64,000 nt of DNA from Nemertoderma westbladi (taxonomy: Eukaryota > Animalia > Xenacoelomorpha), in NCBI GenBank assembly GCA_032718475.1, contig JAUCBJ010008061.1, positions 53,687-117,686 of the forward strand, written 5' to 3'. Positions within the stretch are counted from its first letter, which is position 1. Every line of letters begins with the position of its first letter. Shown piece by piece: positions 51,801 to 63,629 of the stretch. The notes beneath the pieces are model-generated. The model did not search any database. It worked only from the letters and a program-made list of their open reading frames with translations, and was not told the DNA's origin. The position numbers and the translations under genes were made by a program.

Positions 51801-54800
51801 GACTATGTCGCCAGGTTTAACTGAGAACTCTGTAAACCCAAAATAGAGCAAGAATATTTGGAAGCGATTTTGTGCCCTCTTGAGGGTCAGTTTAAGGGCA
51901 GATATATGAATGGAACAGACTCTGATAAAGGACATGAAATCATCTTCGAGGGTTTTACTTTTTACCTGTTGGATTTCTATCGTGTTTATAATTCGAAAAG
52001 CATTGGTACACTCCTCTTCAAGCTTTTCCAAATCAAATGAGATCTTTTTGAAATCAAAGAAAGTGCATAACTCTAATTTTTTAATGTTATTAAAGATATC
52101 TGAATCTGAACCAAGATTTGGCCAAGTTTTCTGGACATGACACACAACATGATAAAGCAACATTTTGCCATCCTGGGTGTCCTTAGTAGTGGCTAAATTA
52201 TTGAGACCATTTAAGTCGAATCCCTTAATATTAGTGTTGTTAAGAATATTACCGAAAGCAAGTAAAGTAAAGAGAATATGTTTCAGCAATTGAGAGTCTA
52301 CAAGGTGCTTCATGATGAGGATGAGATCAGCAATAGATTTCACAATTTCACTCTCTTTTGAATCATACATCAATCGAAATTTCAATAGACTCAAGCGCTC
52401 TTCAAGATTAGGTATCTTGGAAATCTTTAATAGACACAAGAGGGCTTTTTCATCCGATTTCTCGCATACTCTGAGATTTTTGTTAATGTTTTCAATTTCC
52501 TCTTTGGTAGGCATGAGGGTTAAAACTGTGTCAAACTGAAGAGATTTGAAATGATTAATGTTCATTTCCTCTAGAGCCTTAACTATTGCATTAGCATTCT
52601 TATCTCGCATCCCCGTTAATATGATTTCTATTTGACGAGAGCGGTTAGATTCGAGTTTATACTGGTTTTCTTTTTTATCAATTAATTCTTTCCCATCACT
52701 ATTGCCTTTGGTGACTATATTTTTAAACATTTTTTTGAATTCAGTTTGCATTTCTTTATTCATTTTGACATCAACACCACTTAGGCTATCCCAAAAGGAA
52801 GTTCCACATGGCATAATCGGCTTCCAATGAATTCGTCTGACACGACCAGATAAATAGTTGGGATTTGGAGGTGGGGGTATGTTTTTAGAATCTCGAGGGC
52901 ATGGAAGAGGTGGTGGTGGTAAAACCCTTAGAGGAGATGGTGAGGCACCCGTTCCACGGGGTGGAAGTGTGCCACTATGGGTGACTGGGTCGTCGTTTGT
53001 ACCTAGATCTACAAATTTCAAACCATCTAGTTTTATATTTTGGATGACTTTTTCGGAAATCTGAAAATATCGAAGTACATCATCTAAAGTATACTGAGTT
53101 TCATTTTTAGGCTTACATTTCTTGATATCTGGAATAAAAAGATGTAAATCGGGATGGTAATGAGTGATAATTATATACGCATTTGTACATAAAGTAGTAA
53201 AGAGGTTCATTTCACTTTGTTATATTATTTCAACCCTATCACTTACATCAGCTAATAGGCCTCGCTCTGTTGAGACCCTAGTAACGCTGCAAAGTTTGAC
53301 AACAGCGTTATGGCTTATAAATTGAAACGTCGCAAAGTTATCAATAACTAAGAAACAATTGACTTCTGGAACGCCCATTGTAGTTAGGTTAGATTCGTCC
53401 ATTGTAGTTAGGTCGCTTTGGACAAAAGTACCATAATTGGCCCATGCGCAGGAAATTACCGTACCTTTCATTTGTTAAGGGGCACTTTACCTTACTTTCT
53501 AGACATCTATATTACTAAACATAACAATTACAGTGTTTAATGAAGCCTTGTAGCCCCAAAAAGTTGACATAATGTAACAAAATGACATACATGATTGTAT
53601 GAAAAGGGCACTATTCACTTATTCGGTGTTTAAGACCATTATTGTCTATTTATGTATATAATTCTCACACGCTGCGCTCGTTCGGTATATAAATACACTC
53701 GGGTACCTAGATCTATACGTATGTAGTTATCATCCAAAAATGTACGACTAGTTTACGAAAAAAACTATATAAAACTTTTTCATAATAAAATTACATATTT
53801 ACCGCATGTAACATACACGGGTGGCTATAGTAAATGACTTAAGGATGCCCACTAACCTTTAACCTCAATTGGAATTTTTATCGGTTTGGGGGGCACGACC
53901 GGTTTGGGGGGTACGATCGGTTTTAAGTCTTGCGAACTATCTGATTCACTTTCAACAACATCGGAGTCTTGCAAACTATCTGCATCACTTTCACCAACAT
54001 CTTGAGTAACCTCATTAACAGGAAAGGTAGCGGAATACAATTCCGTATGTTTTTTATCATTAAACCTATCTCGTTTCGATCGTACCACATACGACGATGA
54101 AGAACTTTTGCTGTTGATCTTCTTCATTGTTTCAAATACATACTACGAGACTTGTAAAGCATAGTACGTTAGAGATAATGGTACCGCAAAAGGATAGCTA
54201 CCTGATTTTTTATTAAATAAAATCATAAACACGCTGTTATCTTATTACCTATCTTATATCTTATATACAAACAATGTTTTCGATGATACATTAATCATAA
54301 TAGTATAGGGAATAGGTATTACTTTATTTATACATATGATGGCCCATTCCATATCGAGCCACGATGTACAGATACACCCGGACATTACATTACTAATTGT
54401 ATGTTACTATTTTTTAATGTTATTGATATTGTATTATTATATACTGTTATGTAATAATTATTTATTGCCTATGTTAATAATGTAGAACATTATTTGCACT
54501 ATTATACTCGAGATATTTTTTTAAAGAATTGATAAAGAATCGAGATCATAGTGATATTTAATTCATTAAGACTACTTCCTACGGCATTACTGTGCCGGAA
54601 AAGTGTACACACTTCCCACCACTTTGTACTACATAGTTGATTCCGGTTTTGGACTTTAATTATTGAACGTGAACATAATCTACACCTTATCAAAACTTTC
54701 TAGAACAAATATTAGCAGACATCAATATTTTGTATAAAAAATAGCTATTAAATAATTACTAACTATAACTAACTATCTACCATAACTATCTAATAAAAAT

Positions 54801-57800
54801 AATTACTAGCTATAAAGTATATACCATGAATTTATGACTTTAATTAAATTATTAAAGACAAATTTATTTGAGTATTAAATACTATTCAATATTTTTTCAA
54901 ATATTGAATGCCAATCGGCTTTATTGCGTAAAGCTTTGTATAGTAATTAGTTAGATTAGAGCCTCGTCACTTGTAGGGTTAGGTTACGAGGCCGACACGG
55001 CACTCTTGTAACCGGTAGAAGTGATAAATATTGTCACCACTGGGCCTCTAACTTGATACCCCCCTACTATACTACGGGTCGATTACGCAAAAAATGGCCA
55101 AATTCCAGGTTAAAAAAAAAAAAAAAATTTCTCAAACCCTATCAAATCATACATATTCTAAAAGCCCTTAGCGTGCTGATTTCAAATTTCATAGTGGTTC
55201 ATTTTTTCTACCAATAGTAAAAAAGTTATGGACGAAAAACGTATGTCTCGTCGGTAATGCTTTATCTTATATAAATTTCCTTGTTTAAACATGCGTTACG
55301 TCTCATTTGTAACGACAGTTTATTTGCGTTACATCTTTCTGTGCATGCTTTACAAGTGAGACAGCGTTACAATGGGTACCGTTATGTAACATACCGTTAC
55401 ATGTAGGACAACTGTGGACATGCTTAGCAATCTCATTAAGTTAACGTGAAAGCTTGACCTTGTATATCATTAGATAGCGCTTTCAGAAGCGGTATAAATG
55501 AACTTTACATTAAGTGAATCCGATTTGTGGAAGAAAAGTTAGAGCAAAAATAAGGGAGTTACAAGATGGACATTTCCAATGACGTTAAAAAACTACTTGG
55601 CAAACTTTTGGGCATAATTTCTGCTGGACTTATCGATTAGCGTTCATTCGTATATGTATGGATAGCCAAAAAAATGATCTTTCGGAAAATACTTACCTTG
55701 AAACAAACACATTTTACAATAAAGAGTTATGTTTCAAAAACAAGCGTTACAACACCTAAAAAATTTATAAAAACGAACATGTAGCATTTTTCATTCCTCC
55801 AAATACAAAACTATAAAGAAGTGTACCCCAGTAACGACTAGTACTGGATTGTAGATCATGAAATAAGCTTTAAGCTGATATATAGTTTACCGGAAGTATA
55901 TCTTACTGACATTTGGTTATGATCGTTTGTATCTCAAAAACTTAGCATCGGACATCGCATCATATGTCCATTTCGTGCTTGTAATCCAAGGAAAATATAT
56001 GTCAAATTGCTTAAAACCAATGCCAAAAAATGTGCGAAAATTCGCTCTATAGAAATATATATAGGTTTTTATGGTTTGGGTTATTTTCTGCTGAGTTATG
56101 GCTCATGGAATGGCAAAATTACCTCTGACACAATTTTGGCCACTTTTTGCGTAATCGACCCTACACTACCTACTAGAGTAGATATAGGCCATGGTAGCTA
56201 CAATAAATTATTATTGTCACTAAGACAATATTCTAGTAATTCTGTAACAGATCGCCTTGTTTGCCACTAATTTTATTTTTTATTATTATTATTTTATTTT
56301 TTGATTGTAGAATAGAATATGAATAAACAACCATTTTATAGGCTTCAATAATTTAAAAACTTAAATTATTTGGTTCCCAACCGCAGTAACAATAATCGCT
56401 TCACTGCCATAGGCACCGGAGCGAAGCGAGATACGAGCAGGAAACGAGAATTGTAATCTTGGTAAAGTAAATGTTGCATAAATTAATTAATTAATAGAAA
56501 TTAACAACATTGAACTCAAAATCAATACCGTCGCCCCTGACTAACTAGGAATACAACATTCAATGGGCATGGCGGGACGGTTGTCTGGTAAATAAACTGT
56601 TTGAGTTATCAGCTCGAGAAAAACGAGATTTCTTTATCATTTACTTATAGACGTATGCAGAAACACTAAGTGGGGCCTTCGCGCAGCATGAGAGATTAAT
56701 TTATGATAATTATCAACTTAAAAGGTTTATAAAGAAAATATTAAGCAGATGTCCCATGATTATAAATTTTACACTCTAGCGGCAGACTGGGTAACTGCAG
56801 TCGATTTAATACCTCAGAAAAACTTCAATCTGAGGTCTGGAAATATATCTGCCAGGTATCATTTAGGTCGAAAGGATTAAATATAGTAACACGAAATGGG
56901 AAAACTGATATGAATGATAATGGATCGCCCTCTAGGGGCAGACTGGAGAAATTATGGTGCCTGAAAGTCTCTAAAAAATCTCTCTTTCAGTCTTGTTGAC
57001 ACCTACAAATTAGTTTTAAATCCGACAAAGTTATTTGCATGTCAAAATCGTATTGACCCACCCACTAACAGTGTCAGTTCGCCACGGTTCCGCCTTCTTC
57101 GTGGCTCGCCCCACAATATACTAATTACCTTCATTGTTTCATAGTTGTTTATTGTTGTTTCCATGGCGATACCACCGCAATCAATAGAGGCTCTGGAGTC
57201 ACTGAAACTGTGGTCTCTAGAACTGGCCTGTTGGTTGCTAGGGAGAGTCTTTAGGATATAATGGGAAGGGGGAATGTAGGGGATGCCGCATTCGTCCGAT
57301 AGATGGCGCATCAAGGTCTCTGTGTCGGTCAGGAATTCCGATTTGGGATATTCAAGGGATTCTTTAGTAAATATTAAGTTCTGAAATAAAAATATAAAAA
57401 AATATATTCCATTACAAAAGTTATGAAACCAAATATATGTATCTATGTATGTAGTTTGATTATATTCGATATGGTAACATTACAACACACTGATGATGAA
57501 AAAAGTTATTGGAACGTGTTACGGATAAAATAAGGGCAATTATCTTTCAGTATATTCTATTTGGTGTAATTTCTAAAATTTTATGATACATAAAGTAAAG
57601 ATTAGATAACGATAGATATCGCAGTCAGACGTTATAGCGTTTGTAGATCCACATAGCGGTAGAGTCTGCTAGGCTAGGCGGTGCGGTGATAACTAGTATT
57701 TAGATTAAATAAAGATAAAATGAGTGGCAAAGTTAATTAATAATATTATTAATGTTAATTATTAATAATTCCACAAAATTTCCGAGTTTATAGTTGGGAT

Positions 57801-59743
57801 GACATGCCGTTATTCATTAGGGGGTGGGACGGCCACTATAGTTACTTTCTTAAAAAGAAGGAGGAAAAAGGAGACTAAATTATTGTCAACCAATATGATT
57901 AATGTACCAAACCAGGAAACTTTCCATTTACCGGTAAGGGATTAGCACACAAAAAACAAAGAAGTTCTGTAATTTTCTAGGAATATACGTCAATGGAATC
58001 TGTCCGTGTAAATGCTACACGAAGTGGGGCCTTCGCGCACGTAACGATGACAACGATTTCACTTTCGGACCTTTGGCCCTCTAGCGGCAGACTGGAGAAC
58101 TGCAGATGGATTCGCCTCCTTTGAAAGTCACAGCTAATGGTCTAATACATATCTGCCAAGTTTCAGCTTAAACGGATTAAAAGCAAAGAAATGGGAGGGC
58201 ATTTAATGTTTAGACATGTGGCCCTCTAGCGGGAGACCATTGCACTGATGGTGTCTGAAAGTCTCTCAAAAATCTCAACTTTTGCTCATATTGATACCTA
58301 CAAATTTTCAACTTGGCAGCTTTAAATCCGACAAAGTTATTAGCATGTCAAAATCGTAACGACGACAACGATTTCACTTTCAGACCTTTGGCCCTCTAGC
58401 GGCAGACTGGAGAACTGCAGATGGATTCGCCTCCTTTGAAAGTCACAGCTAATGGTCTAATACATATCTGCCAAGTTTCAGCTTAAACGGATTAAAAGCA
58501 AAGAAATGGGAGGGCATTTAATGTTTAGACATGTGGCCCTCTAGTGGGAGACCATTGCACTGATGGTGTCTGAAAGTCTCTCAAAAATCTCAACTTTTGC
58601 TCATATTGATACCTACAAATTTTCAACTTGGCAGCTTTAAATCCGACAAAGTTATTAGCATGTCAAAATCGTAACGACGACGACGACAACGACGACGACG
58701 ACGACAACGACGACGACGACGACAACTATTTGCATAAATTGACCCACCCCCTAACAGTGTCAATTCGCTAAGGCTCCGCCAACTTCGTGGCTCGCCCCAC
58801 AAATTATATTTGTTTCGGTACATTAGATATTAAGATACTCACCTCCAATGTGCGAAGTTGTGCCAACTGCTTAGGAAGATGTTTAATAGGATTTATAGAC
58901 ACATCCAAAGTCCTCAACCTTCCTAGTTCACATACACCCAGGCCTACGTCTCTTAGATGGTTGTCTTTTACATTTAGAGTTTGTAATGAATCGAGTTTGC
59001 CTATATCTCGAGGAAGATTAGTCAACTTATTGTGACTCACGTTGAGTATCTGTAGTTGTTTTAGTTTTACTATATCGTTGGGAAGATGAACTAGTTTATT
59101 GTTGTGGATGTCGAGTATTCGGAGTCCCGATAAGTCGGCGAATTTCCCTCCATCGGAGAGGCCAGTAAGCAGGTTGTCGTGCAGCAGTAAACTCTCCTTA
59201 CGTAGAACTTTGCACAGAGCGTAGATTCCAACAGGGACTCCGGTTAAACTGCATTCCGATAAGTTAAACACCGGTTCTGGGTTTTCTTTAGCCTAACAAA
59301 CAAACACAATTATAAAGCAATAATTTATATTAGATTTGTATTCTTCCCTGGTAAAAAAACGGTAGTTTTTTCATCTTTTATCTCAATTATTATTGGAATA
59401 CTTGGAAATTAAATTGTACGAAAACGCAAACAAGAAAGATAATTGTGATAGCATAGCCTAATGCAAGGCCCAGCAAATGATGTCATGATAGACCTGGCCT
59501 ACCCATTTGCCATTAGCTAGTCTATTGCATTGCTGTACTGGATTCATTGTCTTCATCATTCCCCACCGCATTGAATTACTAAATTACTGAATTAGGACTT
59601 CATATTACAGTATTGCGAATCACAAAACAACAGAATTCAGCTAAAATAAACGCAGAACTCACCAAATACATTTTGTGATCCAATTTCTTCTTCATATCGT
59701 CGCTTCCCGTTCCCGATTTACCGATACTCTTGAAAAACGGCAT
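27403..59743 (-). CDS. LRSAM1: LRSAM1-like E3 ubiquitin ligase, 5' portion. Exons 59663-59743, 58843-59292, 57129-57380, 48858-48967, 34137-34295, 33575-33684, 32551-32726, 27403-27558; SAM/RING exons not found in the window
   Basis: GT-AG exons with compatible phases give MPFFK...KLDHKMYL/AKENPEPVFNLSECSL..VP.GIYALCKVLRK, LRRs, ECGIPYIPPSHY, coiled coil, QKQAFEALQ...EQELMQLT. This follows the recalled human LRSAM1 sequence. Confidence 0.88.
28255..28392. repeat. Short minisatellite of ~30 bp
   Basis: tgatataaagttggataatatgtcgc-like unit, 4-5 degenerate copies. Confidence 0.6.
29118..29505. repeat. ~45-bp tandem repeat derived from the end of a Helentron/HINE-like family
   Basis: Unit gtatgctaagctcgcttacttcgtggctcgccccacagcggtaccc; the core cttcgtggctcgccccac also occurs at ~57098 and ~58783. 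Confidence 0.75.
29800..30260 (-). mobile_element. RTE-like LINE RT fragment
   Basis: LDFADDL...AQRLL...VGLFINSKKTK...HVDDFCYLG; same family as 15400-16270. Confidence 0.8.
30270..30720 (+). mobile_element. CR1/Jockey-like LINE RT fragment
   Basis: GVPQGSILGPL...VND...LYADD and KYLG motifs readable on the + strand. Confidence 0.65.
32745..33401. repeat. 56-bp tandem repeat, about 11.7 units, next to an LRSAM1 splice acceptor
   Basis: Unit caacatgttgcaggtccccttcccacgtgctactttgttacagcaacttgtttcac. Confidence 0.95.
37419..42922 (+). CDS. ZNF367: ZNF367-like C2H2 zinc-finger transcription factor; exons 37419-37636, 39856-39976, 40793-40976, 41211-42922
   Basis: Spliced product RRGRPRADTI...SSSAIR/CSTCYRVFPREKSLQAHERTHRGERPYMCDFPGCNKAFIQ/SGQLKTHQRLHT...FTHANRRC..HP, with C-terminal ALALVEL, matches ZNF367 hallmarks. 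Phases are compatible. Start codon uncertain. Confidence 0.9.
37557..39390 (+). repeat. 90-bp tandem array (~20 units) made of the ZNF367 exon-1 3' end plus its splice donor
   Basis: Unit tgtagtcgtagaggtagacccagggctgatacaataaagaagttacagttggacgggaggtgttcctccagtgctatacg|gtaagttgta, near-identical copies. Confidence 0.97.
45774..46530 (-). mobile_element. 5'-truncated L2-clade LINE 3' end with (TTA)n tail
   Basis: HWLPIVRRIDFKIALL...APKYLSDLL...RSFSIAAPTVWNALP...FKKRLKTHLY; 3' stem-loop (agcgcc...ggcgct) and short-repeat tail. Confidence 0.85.
47918..48044. mobile_element. hAT-like MITE terminus with repeated GGAATTCCGG motifs
   Basis: Ends ...ccgggacatcccta (reverse complement TAGGGATG); multiple palindromic ccggaattccgg. 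Confidence 0.5.
49300..49545 (-). mobile_element. tRNA-derived SINE copy
   Basis: Reverse complement gctcagttggttgagcgc...tcaaccccc...cactcagcctttcatcc; related to the copy at 60335-60545. Confidence 0.7.
50571..53210 (-). CDS. Intronless FHOD-like formin (short FH1, FH2, Ser/Lys/Arg-rich tail), probable retrogene
   Basis: LKFVDLGTNDD; polyproline; RIHWK; FWDSL; RSRQIEIIL; MPTKEE; LLAFGNILN...KGFDL...KDT...LLYHV; AQNRFQIFLLYFG resemble FHOD-family FH2. 879 aa uninterrupted. Confidence 0.8.
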   Translation of the reverse strand: MNLFTTLCTNAYIIITHYHPDLHLFIPDIKKCKPKNETQYTLDDVLRYFQISEKVIQNIKLDGLKFVDLGTNDDPVTHSGTLPPRGTGASPSPLRVLPPPPLPCPRDSKNIPPPPNPNYLSGRVRRIHWKPIMPCGTSFWDSLSGVDVKMNKEMQTEFKKMFKNIVTKGNSDGKELIDKKENQYKLESNRSRQIEIILTGMRDKNANAIVKALEEMNINHFKSLQFDTVLTLMPTKEEIENINKNLRVCEKSDEKALLCLLKISKIPNLEERLSLLKFRLMYDSKESEIVKSIADLILIMKHLVDSQLLKHILFTLLAFGNILNNTNIKGFDLNGLNNLATTKDTQDGKMLLYHVVCHVQKTWPNLGSDSDIFNNIKKLELCTFFDFKKISFDLEKLEEECTNAFRIINTIEIQQVKSKTLEDDFMSFIRVCSIHISALKLTLKRAQNRFQIFLLYFGFTEFSVKPGDIVKIFSDLAQMYCKCYTTYKKKESSTVEDQNVKNMMSQLHSVVERKEPGNDRISQHHSVEQDDNLDNWTTNGNNFKSELQSAYRLKQSRRNMSEPDSMFGMKQPVKDVINDPSSVGGMLPYGKKINSEASTGTGMKGFRKKMKGASRCSSSSSSDGGAVAMIKPTGMNLPRAPDCRAEPKPSVNDIKNEVTIGSEIKPFINNREGRPCSSSSSSSNRRSSYGARSRSSSSSRSSAAVMKATRNNIESEPYSRSHRVAETKSFGMSESCSVSGIIPSGKSKKSKESRNLTSGKSKKSKESRNLTSGKSEKSKRSKNSCSMFSCVLGTKRSSSGEGNQRGDSRAHRERPTINLENVTTMGLEETKTLIPERPGATNPGSSEIMSRHRSDAFHGKGKGKGLRKKKKMKQQSMDK
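55076..56161. mobile_element. Non-autonomous TIR element (MITE-like, 1086 bp)
   Basis: TIRs GGGTCGATTACGCAAAAA(A/G)TGGCCAAA; TAC on both flanks (candidate 3-bp TSD); internal CGTTAC motifs. Confidence 0.85.
56670..57114 (-). mobile_element. Helentron/HINE-like non-autonomous element
   Basis: Reverse-complement start TTGTGGGGCGAGCCACGAAG; inverted gtggggc at the other end; ctctagcggcagactgg motifs shared with 58024-58802. Confidence 0.55.
58024..58802 (-). mobile_element. Same Helentron/HINE-like family, with an internal 315-bp tandem duplication and a (GAC)n microsatellite
   Basis: gtaacga(t/c)gac recurs at 58041, 58356 and 58671; termini as in 56670-57114. Confidence 0.6.
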
Positions 59744-60334
59744 CGTTCTGTCGTTGATAGTCTCGTCTACCGGTCTGTAACTAAGTCTACGAAATAGGAG
59801 ATTTCAGTTTTGCCTAGGCCTAGCTGCCTAGGCCTATCTGTCCATCACGTTTTGCAAGTGCTATGCGACTTTAACATGTGTAGCTGGTCCGGGTACAGGG
59901 TAAGGCTCTTTTGCAGTTTTTCCTCTACAATTTAGCCCTTGTAGATTTGAGACGAGCAATCTTGAGTATATTGGACGGCCGAATAGCAATCTACTGCACC
60001 ACACCCTGCTAACTGCTACTGCCTGACTGTTATTTAAATCGTAGGCAAAACTACTGAAGAAGTAAGTACTGAAACTGAAGTAATAAATAGAATGCAGTTA
60101 GTTTCGCCTAAGTACATTTTTGTGTGGGTAACCAATGGATGAATCGATCCAGAACCTTAATAAAAGAGAGGTAAGTAAATTCAAATAATATTAAGTTCTG
60201 AGGTTGAAAAAAAAGATTCGAGTCTAAATAAAAATTATTGCTTAACCGTCGTTTATCCTTATGTTATTTTATGCATTCAATAAAAGCAATTTTGTAGCTC
60301 ATATCTGTATTAAGATTTTAAAACAAAACCTTCG

Positions 60335-60545
60335 TCCGAACCCGGAGACGACCATAAATGCTCTTCTTGTGATAGCTGCTACCCGAAAATGAAGGGGTGG
60401 CCACTATTCCCAAGGTTTGCTCCAAATAATTCAACTGGTCCTCATTTGATCAATCCCATTGGATGAAAGGCTGAGTGGACACCGGCGGGGCTAGAACCTA
60501 CAACCAATAGATGCAGACCCAAGCGCTCAACCAACTGAGCTTTAA
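60335..60545 (-). mobile_element. tRNA-derived SINE copy
   Basis: Reverse complement A-box gctcagttgg, B-box-like ggttctagccc, then gtccactcagcctttcatcc...gatcaaatgaggaccag. Confidence 0.75.
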
Positions 60546-61369
60546 GCTACCCCTCCTTTTTATAGTTTAACATTGTCACTTAACACCAAACTATAAGACG
60601 GACCAATAATTAAATTGCACCGTTTTGTATTAGTCCGGCATTTTTTCACTGAACCTTGCATGAGAGTATATTATATACTCCAAAGAAAAACTCCACACAA
60701 AATATTTTTATACTACAGTATATTATAGTAAATGTTTTGTGTGATTATAGTAGTAATTATAGTGGGTAAAATAGTAGGTAATAATATGATTGATTTCTAA
60801 TTGGCATCCTTAAGGATTTTCGATTTTGTACATTTTGATTCTAAAAAATCGCGACCTGCATGAGCAGTTTAAGACAGTTCATCCATTGTTCCTATATTTT
60901 GATAATAATTTCACTGCCGAAAATGAAGTAATTTGACATGATTTCATTACAGATACATTTTTGCAACACATCATAGCAGGAACCCGCATCTTATGATACA
61001 CTTCTATGATAACTTCATTCATGTCAGATTTCACAATAATTAATTATGTAAAATATAGTTTTTGAATGTATTTTGGCTGGAAAGGTTGAATTTATTAATA
61101 CACCCATTGCTTTTGACTCCAACAATGCTGCCGATTCCAGCGGGCAAATCAGTCCAAGCAATCATGGGTAGGAAAAGCCAACCAACCACAAGGTTAAGGC
61201 TGAATCTGCATTGCCTCAATGGTTTGATGGACTTCATGTAGAAGTCTAGCTCGCTTATACTTGCCAAAAAAACATGATAACAAAAGGTACGCAGTGCATT
61301 TCGCCTCGAACAATTTTGGGTTTCGGGTTCAATAATTACAAATTAGGTGGGTAATTTTGTAACTGATGA

Positions 61370-63050
61370 TTGCACAGACTAGACAACTGGCTATTATCTT
61401 AGTTGACTTCTTTAAGGCCTTCGACTCAGTCTCCCGACCACGGATGTTCAGCATCAGCAGACTTGCAGCATATGTGATTCCTGAGGAAATTATTGCAGCT
61501 ATCCGATCACTGTACGATGGTTCCACCACATTTGTGTGTACTGCTGATGGTGACACAGAAGACTTATGGGGAGTCCTTCAGGGTGACACACTTGCACGAT
61601 TCTTATTCATAATTGTGGTTGATTATGTCCTTAAACCATCTTAATAATAGGGGGTGATGGAAACAATCCAATAATGTAGGGGGTGATGGTAACACCCCCT
61701 ACAGGACAAGAAGTAGAGGAAATATAGGACTGTACTGATGACTTAGGGGGGTGCTGTCAGAATCACTAGAGGGAGCCCAAAGGCTTCTCTGCTCATTGGA
61801 GCAGGTTGCTTCTAATGTTGGTCATTTTGTAAACTCCAAGAAGACCAAAATTATGACAGTAAACCTTGACAGCCCTCAAGAAATGTCTGATCAGAAGGAC
61901 ATAAAGCTCCAGGGATGGCTTGCTTGAGCACGTGCATAACTTCTGCTACTTGGGATCATTTTTAATAATCAAATTTAATCAAATTTACTCAATTTCTTAA
62001 TAACAGTTCTTAATATTCTTCTCAACAATAATAGCTGCTTTTCGTTTTGATCTGGATGTGACTTCATTTACTTTCAGTTTCGACTTGATAGCTAGTTTCG
62101 GTCTGTCTAATTGTTTATCTATTGAACTATCTGTATGTGTGTCATTATTCTATTGGGAATAAAAGAGTTAGGCCTATGTCTTTCTATTATTTTCTTCGAT
62201 GGAAGCTTTACTTTTACGGAATGTACTTGACCATCAGAACTACTGTAGGCAATAATTTATGAATACGACCGAGTTTCCATGAACCAGTTGGAGGTTTTAC
62301 AATTTGTTCTTTGTCTTTAATGATAACAACATCTCCCAACTTTGGGATATGAGAATCCTTTACACGTATGGTTGGGGCAGATCTTTGATTTCGTTCACGA
62401 AAAGACATATTATGAAAAGACATACGAAAAGATATATTCTTCATGGAATACATTCCAGAAACTATCTAGAAGATCATTCCCTTCTTTACATTGCTTTATG
62501 AGCTAATTTAATGAGTTTTCCGGTTTCATCAAATAATAATCTAAATCCTTAGCATTATTAATTGTGATCATCTTCAATTGAGATAGGTGAACAAATTGTT
62601 GTATTGATATCGAGAAAGTGCGCAGGAGTTAATGTCAATCCTTCTTCGATTGAGGATGATACATGCACCAATGGTCGGGAATTTATTACAGGATACCAAA
62701 TCTCTGGATAGCACTTTCACAAGAATGCTGCACCGGGTTCATTGTGTCAAGTACAATTAACACATCTCCAATTAGACTCTATACAATATTGGAGGTGCTT
62801 CATTAGTCTCCCCTAGCTTTGACACTTGAACGGACGGAACCGCCTCCGCGTTGCAGGATATTGCTTTCGCCGTGAGGACCAGCCAGTGCATAATCGTGTG
62901 CTTTGGAGTGAATAAGCATGCTGGGCAGCACTTGAATTCTTGAGACGCATCTTAAAGGACACTATAGGCCTTGAAGATGCGGATGATCTAGCAAATATCA
63001 TGGGTGATAGGGAGTTGTGTAGGGGCAATTTTGTCGACAAGCCGGCACCA
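61370..63050 (+). mobile_element. RTE-like LINE remnant split by a BEL/Pao fragment
   Basis: VDFFKAFDSV...GVLQGDTLA.FLF (61370-61960). The 3' part (62690-63050) matches the 15400-15800 copy. Confidence 0.8.
61960..62690 (-). mobile_element. BEL/Pao LTR retrotransposon integrase C-terminal fragment
   Basis: NSRPL...LTPAHFL and PKLGDVVIIKD...WKLGRIHKL on the minus strand. Confidence 0.75.
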
Positions 63051-63629
63051 TTCTTAATATATATGTAATATATATAATGCAGTGTCAATGCAACATGCCG
63101 ATATTAGTAGTATCGTTTATTATTTTGGTTATAATTACGTGCCATTATGTATCCTGCTCATTTCCCTCAAATGATAATTAGTGGAAGAAGGTTGCTACTG
63201 TAATGGGAGAAGCAGACTGCCTGTTGGCGAAGGTTTCCACCGGAAAAACCTGTTCGCCACAGTGCAGTTGTGTTGTGGATGGCATGGAAAATTTATATTT
63301 GTCATAAACGAATGGATGCCCAGAGGGTATAACGCAATTGTTATTGGCTGATGTCGTCTGGTGTCCTAGCAACATAACTAAACATTGGCAGTTCTGCATA
63401 CTGTACCCAGTTTAGGCGAGTCCTTTCCCTTCCATTCAGCCATTAGTGCATTACACATTTTTAAATTCCGTCATTTGGTTAGGCCTATTGTTTTACTACA
63501 GTGCAACTGCAACTACTGTAACTACCTTACTTTTGTGTTTTCCACTACACACTGTACATTAAAATAGCCAAAATGGCTTATATTATTATTCATATGTCTA
63601 ACGTTTTTGGTGTACGGCTACCGTAGGGT

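Noticed and set aside
53852-54127. 91-aa minus-strand ORF upstream of the formin
   Set aside because: Low complexity, no domain and no splice link established.
61050-61290. Exon-like segment on the plus strand
   Set aside because: Stops in the frames examined and no recognisable homology.
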